Source: an uncultured Chloroflexia bacterium (GTDB lineage: Bacteria; Chloroflexota; Anaerolineae; Anaerolineales; Anaerolineaceae). From it: a stretch of 64,000 bases of DNA. Location of the stretch: positions 25,433-89,432 of the forward strand of contig CAVQOS010000022.1 in the NCBI GenBank assembly GCA_963714465.1, written 5' to 3'. This document shows, one piece after another, positions 55,807 to 64,000 of this stretch (position 1 is the stretch's first letter; each line of letters opens with the position of its first letter). The notes under the pieces are model-generated. The model saw only the letters and a list, made by a program, of their open reading frames with translations, did no database searches and was not told the origin of the DNA. A program made the position numbers and the translations under genes.

Positions 55807-57498
55807 ATGAAAAAATTTAGATGGCAACTGATAATCATTTTCCTGACGGGTTTAATCGTTGGGATACTGCTGTTGTTGGAAAAAGGTGGAGGCGGCATTA
55901 CACCGTCATCCTCGAATCCAGCCGCTGGCGGTGTTTATACTGAAGCGCTGGTTGGACAATTCAAACGGCTAAATCCACTGTTGGATCAATCAAACCTGGC
56001 AGACATGGAGGTTGACCGTTTGATCTTCTCGGGTTTGTTGAAGTTCGATTCAAGAGGGCTCCCCGTGCCGGATTTGGCTGATACTTGGACCATTTCTGGA
56101 GACGGCACCATTTACACGGTTACACTGAAAAATGGACTTAAATGGCACGACGGAAAGCCCTTAACCACGCAAGATATTGCCTTTACGGTTGACTTGATGC
56201 GCAACGGTGGGGATGTCATTCCTGCAGACGTGAAAGCGTTCTGGGGAGAGGTCAAAGATGTGGTATTGGACGACACCCACATGCAATTTGTACTACCCGA
56301 AACCTACGCCCCATTTCTAGACCATCTCACTTTTGGCGTGCTGCCGAAGCATCTTCTGGGTGACTTATCCATGGATCAAATCGTCAGTTCGCCTTTCAAC
56401 TTAAATCCAGTGGGAAGCGGTCCATACAAGCTTACCAGCGTTGAATCCGAGAATAACGTAATCCTTGGACTAACCCTAACGGCGTTTAAAGATTACGCAG
56501 GCAGCGCACCCTACATCAGTCAGATCGTCTTCAAGTACTATCCCGATAGTGCAGCGGCATTCAAAGTCTATCAAGATGGACTGGCCCAGGGAGTGAGCCA
56601 GATCACACAAGATGTTCTACCGAATGCTCTAGCGCAACCTGACCTCTCTTTGTATACCAGCCGGCTGCCGCAAATCAGCATGGTTTTAATGAACATGAAT
56701 GACGAATCGGTCAAATTCTTTCAGGATGTGAACATTCGCAAAGCCCTTTACATGGGCATCGACCGGACAGCGATCATCGACCAGGTGCTGAACGGGCAAG
56801 CCATTCAAGCGAATGGGGTGATCTTTCCTGAATCATGGGCATACCTTTCGAGCCTTTCAGAGACCGATTATGATCCGACGCAAGCAGCCTTGCTTTTGAA
56901 AGAAGCAGGTTATGTGATCACCGGCGAGGGAAGCACCGTAAGGATGAAAGATGATGTTGCGTTAAAGTTCGTTTTTTCCTACCCCGAAGATGCCACCCAC
57001 CAGAAGATTGCCGAAATGATTCAAAAGAATTGGCAAAACCTGGGAGCAGATGTCACTTTAGAGCCTGTTCCGGCGGATCTTTTTGTTACCGATAAACTGA
57101 GTTCAAAGGCTTACCAGGCTGCCCTGGTCGACTTGAATTTATCCAGCACACCCGACCCTGATCCATATCCGTTCTGGGATCAAAGCGAAATGACAGGCGG
57201 TCAAAATTATTCGCAGTGGAATAATCGCCTCGCAAGCGACATTCTAGAACAGGCCAGAACCACAACCGATTTGACAGAACGTACCCGCTTATATCACAAT
57301 TTCCAGGCAATATTTGCCCAGGAGCTGCCTGCCCTTCCTTTGTACTACCCTGTTTATACTTTCGGGATCAACCAGCAGGTTCGAGGAGTGACGGTAGGTC
57401 CATTGATCGACACCGGTTACCGCTTCGACACGGTGACCGCATGGTATCTTGTTGCCAACCGTACAGCAAATACAACTGAAACGCCTCAGGCAAAATAA
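55807..57498 (+). CDS. ABC transporter substrate-binding protein, family 5 (peptide/nickel type)
   Basis: An N-terminal TM anchor (MKKFRWQLIIIFLTGLIVG) and the SBP_bac_5-like body (W.DG.P.T..D). Confidence 0.8.
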   Translation: MKKFRWQLIIIFLTGLIVGILLLLEKGGGGITPSSSNPAAGGVYTEALVGQFKRLNPLLDQSNLADMEVDRLIFSGLLKFDSRGLPVPDLADTWTISGDGTIYTVTLKNGLKWHDGKPLTTQDIAFTVDLMRNGGDVIPADVKAFWGEVKDVVLDDTHMQFVLPETYAPFLDHLTFGVLPKHLLGDLSMDQIVSSPFNLNPVGSGPYKLTSVESENNVILGLTLTAFKDYAGSAPYISQIVFKYYPDSAAAFKVYQDGLAQGVSQITQDVLPNALAQPDLSLYTSRLPQISMVLMNMNDESVKFFQDVNIRKALYMGIDRTAIIDQVLNGQAIQANGVIFPESWAYLSSLSETDYDPTQAALLLKEAGYVITGEGSTVRMKDDVALKFVFSYPEDATHQKIAEMIQKNWQNLGADVTLEPVPADLFVTDKLSSKAYQAALVDLNLSSTPDPDPYPFWDQSEMTGGQNYSQWNNRLASDILEQARTTTDLTERTRLYHNFQAIFAQELPALPLYYPVYTFGINQQVRGVTVGPLIDTGYRFDTVTAWYLVANRTANTTETPQAK

Positions 57499-57508
57499 AA
57501 GGTGATTC

Positions 57509-58060
57509 ATGGACGATGGAGCTGACGATCAAAGGTATTTGATATCTGGTGCGGATGGATTAACCTCTTATTTGGAATCGGACGTCTTATTCTGGCCGCT
57601 CCAATCTGAATCACAACCCCTCACAATCGGCAACCTTCTTCTCGCTCAGAAGAAGGTTGTGCCTATACAAAGAGGACCCAATTCGCAGGGATTACTTGAA
57701 GCACTCGACCAAATCAACCAGGCGAAGGATAAAAAAAGAGCTGTCTGGCAAAGAAAGGCATCGGCAGAGTTTCATTCCAGGTTGACCCAATATAAATCCA
57801 TTCTTATGGATGCATCCGAAGACGACAGTGCCGTGGTGAACTATTCCGTTGTGGCGAGATTGAGAGCCATCCTCGAGCTTTTGAAGGATGAGGTTTATCG
57901 AGACGATCAATCGGATGTTTTGCTTGCCAATTTGGACGGGAAACTCAAGGCTTTGGTATCGCCATCCGGTTTTCTCTGGTCGAACGACCTTCAGGAAAGC
58001 TTTCCGGCCGAGAAATACTGGTTCCTTTACGCAAAGTCTGCGAGAGGGGGCGTTCGATGA
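57509..58060 (+). CDS. hypothetical protein
   Basis: A 183-aa ORF with a 4-nt stop/start overlap with the downstream adenosyltransferase gene. No motif recognised. Confidence 0.55.
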   Translation: MDDGADDQRYLISGADGLTSYLESDVLFWPLQSESQPLTIGNLLLAQKKVVPIQRGPNSQGLLEALDQINQAKDKKRAVWQRKASAEFHSRLTQYKSILMDASEDDSAVVNYSVVARLRAILELLKDEVYRDDQSDVLLANLDGKLKALVSPSGFLWSNDLQESFPAEKYWFLYAKSARGGVR

Positions 58061-58608
58061 GCAAACTTTTTTCGCGTGCCGGGGATGATGGAAGTACAGG
58101 GTTCCTGGGCGAGGGCCGTATTCCCAAAGAGGATATCCGTTTTGAGACCCTTGGGACTTTGGATGAAGTTTCAGCTCAATGCGGTGTCGTCCGCGCAGCT
58201 ATGAACTTTCCTGGCGAGCAGGAATTGATCAAGCATATCCAACAGGATTTATACAGGATCATGGCTGAAGTTGCTTCGGATAAAGAAAACGCAGCAAAAT
58301 TCCGCACCATCGGAGCTGATCAGGTCACCTGGCTTGAAGAACAGGCTGAGCGCATGGCATCCTCCATAAACATGCCATCCGGTTTCATCCTGCCGGGGGA
58401 AACGAAATTGAGTGCCGAAGTTTCGGTTGCGCGGGCAGTTACCCGCCGGGCAGAACGTAGACTGGCTGCGATGGTCCATCAAGACATGATCGAGAATTCC
58501 TTTCTCTTACAGTATTTGAACCGGCTATCTTCTCTGTTTTTTGTGCTTGAAGTACGAACATCAAAAACGGCTGGTTCTGACATCACATTTGCCAGGAAAG
58601 AAATTTAA
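58057..58608 (+). CDS. PduO-type ATP:cob(I)alamin adenosyltransferase
   Basis: FSRAGDDGSTGFLGEGRIPKEDIRFETLGTLDEV. Confidence 0.85.
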   Translation: MSKLFSRAGDDGSTGFLGEGRIPKEDIRFETLGTLDEVSAQCGVVRAAMNFPGEQELIKHIQQDLYRIMAEVASDKENAAKFRTIGADQVTWLEEQAERMASSINMPSGFILPGETKLSAEVSVARAVTRRAERRLAAMVHQDMIENSFLLQYLNRLSSLFFVLEVRTSKTAGSDITFARKEI

Positions 58609-59313
58609 TGACCGGTACTCTATTGAATGCGGCTACCATCCTTGTCGGTGGAGGTTTGGGCTTGTTATTAGGCTCCAGACTCTCCTCCAGGTTGAAGCAG
58701 ACCATCATCGCAGGTCTCGGTCTGTTTACCCTGGTTTATGGAATTACGATGTTTTTGAAAACCCAGAACTCGTTGATCGTCCTGGGGAGCCTTGTCATCG
58801 GCATTATCCTGGGGGAGTGGATGCACCTGGAAGAAGGGTTCGCCGCTCTGGGGGCGAAACTTGAAAACACCTTCAACCACGGAAATGGAACGGAAGAAAA
58901 AGAAAGATTCATCAAAGGATTTCTCACCGCCTCGCTCATTTTTTGCGTCGGTCCAATGGCGATTTTGGGTTCGATCGAAGCTGGATTGACGGGTAACATC
59001 AACACCCTGGCGGTTAAATCCATTCTGGATGGGTTCACAGCCATGGCATTTGCATCCACCCTGGGTGTAGGTGTTTTGTTCTCGGCTGCGCTTGTTTTGG
59101 TTTACCAGGGCGGGATCACCTTATTGGCTGGACAGGTGCAAAACATCACGACCAGCATGATGATGAACGGAACTTACAGCCGTTGGCGGTGTGATCCTGG
59201 TGGGGATCGCGATCAGCGGGTTGTTGGAGATTAAGAAGATTCGCACAGCAAGTTTTCTGCCTGCGTTGATCCTGGCTCCCGTGATCGTTTATGTAATTTC
59301 CCTTTTTGGATAG
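58608..59313 (+). pseudogene. DUF554 family membrane protein, frameshifted near 59169 (1-nt G insertion)
   Basis: The track ORF ends at 59234 with an unnatural tail. Dropping one G in aacGGaact restores MMNELTAVGGVILVGIAISGLLEIKKIRTASFLPALILAPVIVYVISLFG*, ending at 59313. The total is 706 nt, which is 235 codons plus 1. Confidence 0.8.
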
Positions 59314-59340
59314 TTACTATTTCACCAATTAGTTGATTAA

Positions 59341-59372
59341 TAAAAAATAGCTGGAGCAATCGCTCCAGCTAT
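59341..59372 (-). terminator. intrinsic terminator of the DsbA-like gene (may also stop the plus-strand transcript)
   Basis: atagctggagc / gctccagctat form an 11-bp stem. A T6 run follows on the minus strand. Confidence 0.8.
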
Positions 59373-59386
59373 TGTGTCTTGCATTC

Positions 59387-60088
59387 TTACTTGCCGGCTG
59401 CGGCAAGAGCAGCATCGATCGTTTTGGTGAGGTCGCCAGCATAAACGAGCGTGCCATTGACAAGGAAGGAGGGAGTGCCTGTCACACCGAGTCCCTGGGC
59501 ATAGGTGTTATCGTCGGAGATCTTTTGTTCGTATTTCTTGCCATCGTAACACGCGTTAAAAGCGGTCATATCCAGGCCGAGTTTTTCGGCAAATGCAACC
59601 AACCGGTCATTGGAGAAACCGCCAACATTTTCTCCCTGGTAATTGGCAAACAGCGTGTCATGGTACTCCCAGAATTTCCCCTGGTCATTGGCGCAATACG
59701 CAGCTTCTGCAGCGCTGACCGATTCCGGACCGAGGAAGGAGAATGGGGCAAAGGTGTAATACACTTTGCCGGTGGCGACGTAGGTTGAAATGACGGATGA
59801 TTCCATTTGCAACCAATATTGGTGGCATACCGTGCACTGGAAATCAGCAAATTCGATCACCTTTACCGGAGCGTTTGGATCTCCCAGGTTCAGTTCAACC
59901 GGTTGAGGTTTCGCTTCAAGTGTTGGAAGAACTACTTCAATTTTGGGTTTCAGCTGTGAAATGATGATCATTGCCACAACAACAACGGCAAACGCAGAAA
60001 TGATCAGGATGACGGTCAGGTTTGTTTTCTTCTTCTGTGCAGCACGATTTTTCTTCTTCGATTCAGTTTTCGCCATGAGTTCCTCCAA
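59387..60088 (-). CDS. membrane-anchored DsbA-family thiol:disulfide oxidoreductase
   Basis: A TM anchor and the CxxC motif in IEFADFQCTVCHQY. Confidence 0.85.
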   Translation of the reverse strand: MEELMAKTESKKKNRAAQKKKTNLTVILIISAFAVVVVAMIIISQLKPKIEVVLPTLEAKPQPVELNLGDPNAPVKVIEFADFQCTVCHQYWLQMESSVISTYVATGKVYYTFAPFSFLGPESVSAAEAAYCANDQGKFWEYHDTLFANYQGENVGGFSNDRLVAFAEKLGLDMTAFNACYDGKKYEQKISDDNTYAQGLGVTGTPSFLVNGTLVYAGDLTKTIDAALAAAGK

Positions 60089-60141
60089 ATAAACTAAATT
60101 CTCCCATAAAGGAGAAGAACTGTCCAGTCATTGTTCTGCTG

Positions 60142-60987
60142 TCAGCGGTTGTAGACCAGGATTGGATAGTGCTCCCCCGTCAATTCAAAACCCAACTTAC
60201 GATAGAGCGTCAGTGATGAAGAGTTTGTCTGCTGTGTATTCACCGTGATTTGCATGATGTTTTGCTTGCGGAAGTGCAAAAACATCGAATTGACCAGGCT
60301 ATAACCAATGCCATGCCGTTGAAAATCAGGATGCACAGCCAGGCGGGCGAGGTGTGCCGAAAACTGGTTTGCGGTACTCATCTGATAACCGACGATCTCT
60401 CCATTGTGTTCGATCACCTCGGCAAATTCAGACTGTTGGAAAGCAAGGTGAAGGGTTTCGGCTGAATTGACCCATAATGCTTCAAATGATCTTTGATCCA
60501 CTTTTGCCACTTCCTCGATATCACTTTCCAACATGGGTCGCAGTTCAAAGAGGGGAGGCAGCGGACGAAGTTGTGGAATTTTTCGATTCCAGGCAAGAAC
60601 AATGATGTCTTGAAAATGTGAAAAGTTGTTCGAAGTCAGCAAGGTGGAAAACCACTCCTGCAGCCCTACGGCACAGATGACGGCTTTTTGAGTTTCGTCC
60701 ATTTTTAAAGATTCTGCAAACAATTCTCCCCAGATTTTCGTTGGAGAGAAGAGCGGGGCGCAGGCATAACAACGGATCCATGAAATACCCGGTGGGTCCT
60801 GGGGAAAAGCGAGCAGACCTACGATGCGGCTGGATTCTTCGAGAAGACAAAAGGGCTGTGTACCCACCCATTCGATCGTAGAACGCCAATCCAGATGCCG
60901 GTGAATATACCTTGCCGAAGCCAGAAACGACGCAATGGCAGGAATATCAGATTTCGCCGCTGGTCGGATGGTGTGATTCTCGCTCAT
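60142..60987 (-). CDS. GNAT family acetyltransferase (two GNAT-like halves)
   Basis: LARLAVHPDFQRHGIGYSLV. The start was moved to the ATG at 60987 to avoid overlapping the upstream gene. Confidence 0.75.
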   Translation of the reverse strand: MSENHTIRPAAKSDIPAIASFLASARYIHRHLDWRSTIEWVGTQPFCLLEESSRIVGLLAFPQDPPGISWIRCYACAPLFSPTKIWGELFAESLKMDETQKAVICAVGLQEWFSTLLTSNNFSHFQDIIVLAWNRKIPQLRPLPPLFELRPMLESDIEEVAKVDQRSFEALWVNSAETLHLAFQQSEFAEVIEHNGEIVGYQMSTANQFSAHLARLAVHPDFQRHGIGYSLVNSMFLHFRKQNIMQITVNTQQTNSSSLTLYRKLGFELTGEHYPILVYNR

Positions 60988-61000
60988 ATTCTTCTGAGGT

Positions 61001-61537
61001 TCATGCTTTCTTACGCATGAAGAGCTTGTCGAATGCTTTTTGAAGGAATTTTTCTTTGATCCCGCGGTTGGGTCTCTCATCGAGAGACGTATCGAATGTT
61101 GCGACCCCCTGGTAGATGTCTTTGGTTTTGGCCTGTAGCATAGCCTTGCGCTTCAAAAGCATGGATCGGATTTCGCCTTGATTTTCACCCTTCAGCACAT
61201 CGATTGCCTGATCATAGAACTCCAAAGCTCGTGGAAAATCCTTAAGCTCTTCCAGTGCTTGGGCGGTGTTACCCAGAGCCATTGCCTGGCGCTTTATATC
61301 TTTATGTGCAAGAAAAACCTGGTCAGTCCCGAGGGCGGCTTCGTAGGCCTGTTGCGCATTCCCTGCGAACAACATGGCTACGCTTAAATTATTACGCTGC
61401 TCTGCTTCATCAACATCCTGATGCTCTGCATGGGCGAGATCGGCTGCACGTGAGAAAAAGTCTGCTGAAAGCGAATAATCCTTCTTTTGAAAATGCTTCA
61501 TTCCTGTTTGGGAAAGGCTTTGATAATCTTCGCTCAT
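61001..61537 (-). CDS. TPR-like repeat protein
   Basis: Helical repeat pattern. The protein is 178 aa and lies in an operon with neighbouring minus-strand genes. Confidence 0.6.
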   Translation of the reverse strand: MSEDYQSLSQTGMKHFQKKDYSLSADFFSRAADLAHAEHQDVDEAEQRNNLSVAMLFAGNAQQAYEAALGTDQVFLAHKDIKRQAMALGNTAQALEELKDFPRALEFYDQAIDVLKGENQGEIRSMLLKRKAMLQAKTKDIYQGVATFDTSLDERPNRGIKEKFLQKAFDKLFMRKKA

Positions 61538-61545
61538 AGGTTCCT

Positions 61546-62229
61546 TTAGTAGGTAATCTCCAAAAGACTTTCTGCAATGGCCCGTAAACGGTCTACATTC
61601 ATAGCGCTTAGTTTTTGCGCCAATTCAAGGTAAGGACGGTTGATGGGCTTGTTGATGAAGTCCACAAACTCTGGTGGAAGATCCCCGATCTTTTGATTCG
61701 TCTCGACCATTTCAGCGGTTTCTGTTTTTTGTGCGAGAGGGCCGTGGGCGGCATGCAGTGATGAAAGATCGATTTCCAGGAATTTGCTCAGTCCTTCCAG
61801 AACAGGGTAGGGAATCGATTTTTCAGCGTTTTCATAAGCCAACAAATCCTCTTCACTGATGCCGCAACTGGCAGCCAGGGATTCTGACGTTAATTGTTTA
61901 TCCTTGCGTGCTTTTGAGATGTAGGCGGCAATCACGTGATCGCGTAATTTTACGATTTTATCCAAGGTGGCAGCGTCAAACTTGGGTTTAGATTCAGAAT
62001 CAGGGCGCCACTTGATCAGATGCTCGATCGGGACGTTAAAAAAGGCTGCAAGCGATTCAAGTTGGGGTAGTGATGGGGTGGTTACGCCTTTTTCAAAAGC
62101 AGTGTATTGCTGGGGAGTAATTCCCAGGTATTCCGCGGATTCCTCGACCGACTTGCGTGTATTCAACCGGGTGTCTGCCAGGCACACTCCGATTTTCTTC
62201 GATCGTATGGTTAATAATTTAGGGTCCAT
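61546..62229 (-). CDS. XRE-family protein with two helix-turn-helix domains
   Basis: SVEESAEYLGITPQQYTAFEKG and SESLAASCGISEEDLLAYENA. Confidence 0.7.
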   Translation of the reverse strand: MDPKLLTIRSKKIGVCLADTRLNTRKSVEESAEYLGITPQQYTAFEKGVTTPSLPQLESLAAFFNVPIEHLIKWRPDSESKPKFDAATLDKIVKLRDHVIAAYISKARKDKQLTSESLAASCGISEEDLLAYENAEKSIPYPVLEGLSKFLEIDLSSLHAAHGPLAQKTETAEMVETNQKIGDLPPEFVDFINKPINRPYLELAQKLSAMNVDRLRAIAESLLEITY

Positions 62230-62310
62230 ATTTTCCTCGTGTCCCTGCTGAAATTATTGGCTGATATTAAGAATTATACATTAGCCTGTATCGAATTCAA
62301 CCAAAACCGG

Positions 62311-63006
62311 CTATTGGTTCACGACAGGCATTTGATATCCCATACCAGTGCGGGTGACAATATGAACCGGTGAATGAGGATTATCTTCCAATTTCTGGCG
62401 CAAGCGGGCAATACTGACCCACAAAATTTCCTTTTCATCTTTATAGGTCATTCCCCAGGTCGCTTCAAGCAGTTCCTCGGCGGTCAAGACCTGTCCAACG
62501 TGATGCGCAAAGTGCAGCAGGAGTTTGTATTCAGTGGCGGAAAGGAATATTTGCTTCTCACCCTTATAGACTTCCGCTTTGGCGAGATCGATTTTTAAAG
62601 AGCCATGGGTGAATATTTTGGTTGTTTCTGACGCAGCTCGAATTTGAGTCCGGCGCAGCACCGCTCGTACGCGTGCAACGAGTTCAGTGGCGGAGAATGG
62701 TTTGACGACATAATCATCGGCGCCAATATTCAGACCATTCACGCGATCGTGTTCCTCTCCCATGGCTGTGAGCAGAATGATCGGAACAGTCGAGAATTGA
62801 CGAATTCGCAGGCAGGTCGTGATGCCATCCATTTTCGGCATCATTACGTCCAAGATGATCAGTTCAGGCACCTGCCGCGAGACCATTTCAAGCGCCTGTT
62901 CACCATCTGCGGCGGTCAATACTTCATAACCTTCTGATTCAAGGTTTACTTTGAGTAAGTGGATGTAAAGCGGTTCATCGTCAACGACCAAAATCTTGGC
63001 AGCCAT
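62311..63006 (-). CDS. OmpR/PhoB-family response regulator
   Basis: The receiver domain has ILVVDDE...DVMMP. The winged-helix C-terminus has TEYKLL..........R. Confidence 0.9.
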   Translation of the reverse strand: MAAKILVVDDEPLYIHLLKVNLESEGYEVLTAADGEQALEMVSRQVPELIILDVMMPKMDGITTCLRIRQFSTVPIILLTAMGEEHDRVNGLNIGADDYVVKPFSATELVARVRAVLRRTQIRAASETTKIFTHGSLKIDLAKAEVYKGEKQIFLSATEYKLLLHFAHHVGQVLTAEELLEATWGMTYKDEKEILWVSIARLRQKLEDNPHSPVHIVTRTGMGYQMPVVNQ

Positions 63007-63016
63007 AAATCAACTC

Positions 63017-64000
63017 CTATTCATTGCATTCGGTCCCGGAAGGCTGTACGGGCAGGGTGATCGTAAACAGCACTCCTTCACCATTTGGCGAGGCAACCGT
63101 TAACGTACCGCGATGTTGCTCGACAATTTGCTTGCAGATGTACAATCCAAGTCCCGTTCCATGGGCTTTGAGTGCCTGGTCAGGGGTGCGATAGAACCGG
63201 GTAAAGATTTGGGATAAGTATGGCTCAGGTATTCCCGGACCGGAATTGCTGTAACGAATGGTCATCACGTTCGTATCGTGCCTTACTTCGAATTTGATCG
63301 TTGCACCTGGGGCATATTTTCGGCTGTTGCTCAATAAATTGTCGAATACCTGTGCCAGGCGGCGCGGGTCTCCTTCGATGGGCGGCACTTCGGGTTCAAA
63401 ATCAAAACGTACATCCAAATCGGGATGGTTAAGCTGAGCTCGTTTGACTTCATCTCTGATCAAAGAATCAACCCTGACCGCCTGCAAATCAAATTTGAGT
63501 TGTCCGCTCTGCAACCTGGCTGAATCAAGTAAATTATCGAAGAGATCTTCGAGATGATTTGTTTCACGATCGATAATGTTCAGAAAATCAGTTTGGGTAT
63601 TCTTGTCCCACTGAATATCTTCACGTAAAAGGGTGGTTACGTATCCCTTGATGAAACCAAGGGGGCTGCGCAACTCATGCGAGATGGTATGAATGAATTC
63701 TTCCTGCAGCCTGGAGGCTTTACGCTGGTTTTCAACCACAATACCCATTTCGTTAACGATCTTCCTTGCAACGATGCCGTTGACTTGTTGTGCAGCAAAT
63801 TGGGCAAGCTCCTGGTCTGCCCTCGAGAAATCAGGTCCGCCAAACCGAATAAACACCAGGCTGCCAGGTAGATTTTCGCCTGCCATGAGAGGAATGCCTA
63901 ATAACAATGGAGATGCTAAACGATCTTGGACGTTGGTGTGGCTTGGAGAGTCGAGCAAGGATTTTTGCTCCTGGGCAACCGCTGCAGCAATGGATTCTCC
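63017..64000 (-). CDS. sensor histidine kinase, C-terminal part (gene continues past the window end)
   Basis: The HisKA H-box is FIHTISHELRSPL, and the HATPase motif is GTGLGLYICKQIV. The reading frame stays open upstream to position 64000. Confidence 0.9.
   Translation of the reverse strand, partial: GESIAAAVAQEQKSLLDSPSHTNVQDRLASPLLLGIPLMAGENLPGSLVFIRFGGPDFSRADQELAQFAAQQVNGIVARKIVNEMGIVVENQRKASRLQEEFIHTISHELRSPLGFIKGYVTTLLREDIQWDKNTQTDFLNIIDRETNHLEDLFDNLLDSARLQSGQLKFDLQAVRVDSLIRDEVKRAQLNHPDLDVRFDFEPEVPPIEGDPRRLAQVFDNLLSNSRKYAPGATIKFEVRHDTNVMTIRYSNSGPGIPEPYLSQIFTRFYRTPDQALKAHGTGLGLYICKQIVEQHRGTLTVASPNGEGVLFTITLPVQPSGTECNE

Overview
This is a gene-dense chromosomal segment with about 60 CDS. 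I saw no rRNA, tRNA or CRISPR array. The GC content is mid-range. Gene content suggests a Terrabacteria lineage, possibly Chloroflexota (Anaerolineae-like), but this is inference only. The supporting signs are a T-box leader on ileS, an FhaA/FhaB-SEDS cell-wall cluster, an APC permease with two TrkA genes as I recall from Actinobacteria, lgt/lspA, archease-RtcB and frequent GTG/TTG starts. Most of the window is housekeeping: rpmH-rnpA-yidD-yidC-jag, ileS-lspA-rluD-ltaE, ftsK, lgt, tyrS, secG, three nucleoside phosphorylases, a GH13 glucosidase, MtaB, YifB/ComM, csp and a two-component system. The only clearly accessory part is the AT-rich left end (1-3335). It holds a type II R-M pair (an SPPY beta-class methyltransferase plus a partial endonuclease) with an IS1182/IS5-type transposase gene between M and R. 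No multi-gene novel system was found. The findings below are single loci, mostly single genes, plus two small gene clusters. (1) A redoxin gene (4933-5394, minus) has an in-frame TGA at the first position of its CxxC-type motif (U-x-x-C) and a hairpin downstream, so it is a candidate selenoprotein that the ORF track truncates. (2) An 874-aa SEDS polymerase is fused to a class-B-PBP-like domain in which all three transpeptidase motifs are degenerate. It lies in an fhaA-fhaB operon that has an MTA phosphorylase where Actinobacteria have a phosphatase, and no kinase. (3) An orphan 431-aa protein carries FARM/SARM-like Asp-rich motifs of class I isoprenoid synthases. (4) tyrS and a DUF554 gene are each broken by a single extra G in an ACGG context, which is probably an assembly artefact. 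(5) ileS has a T-box leader with an AUC specifier.
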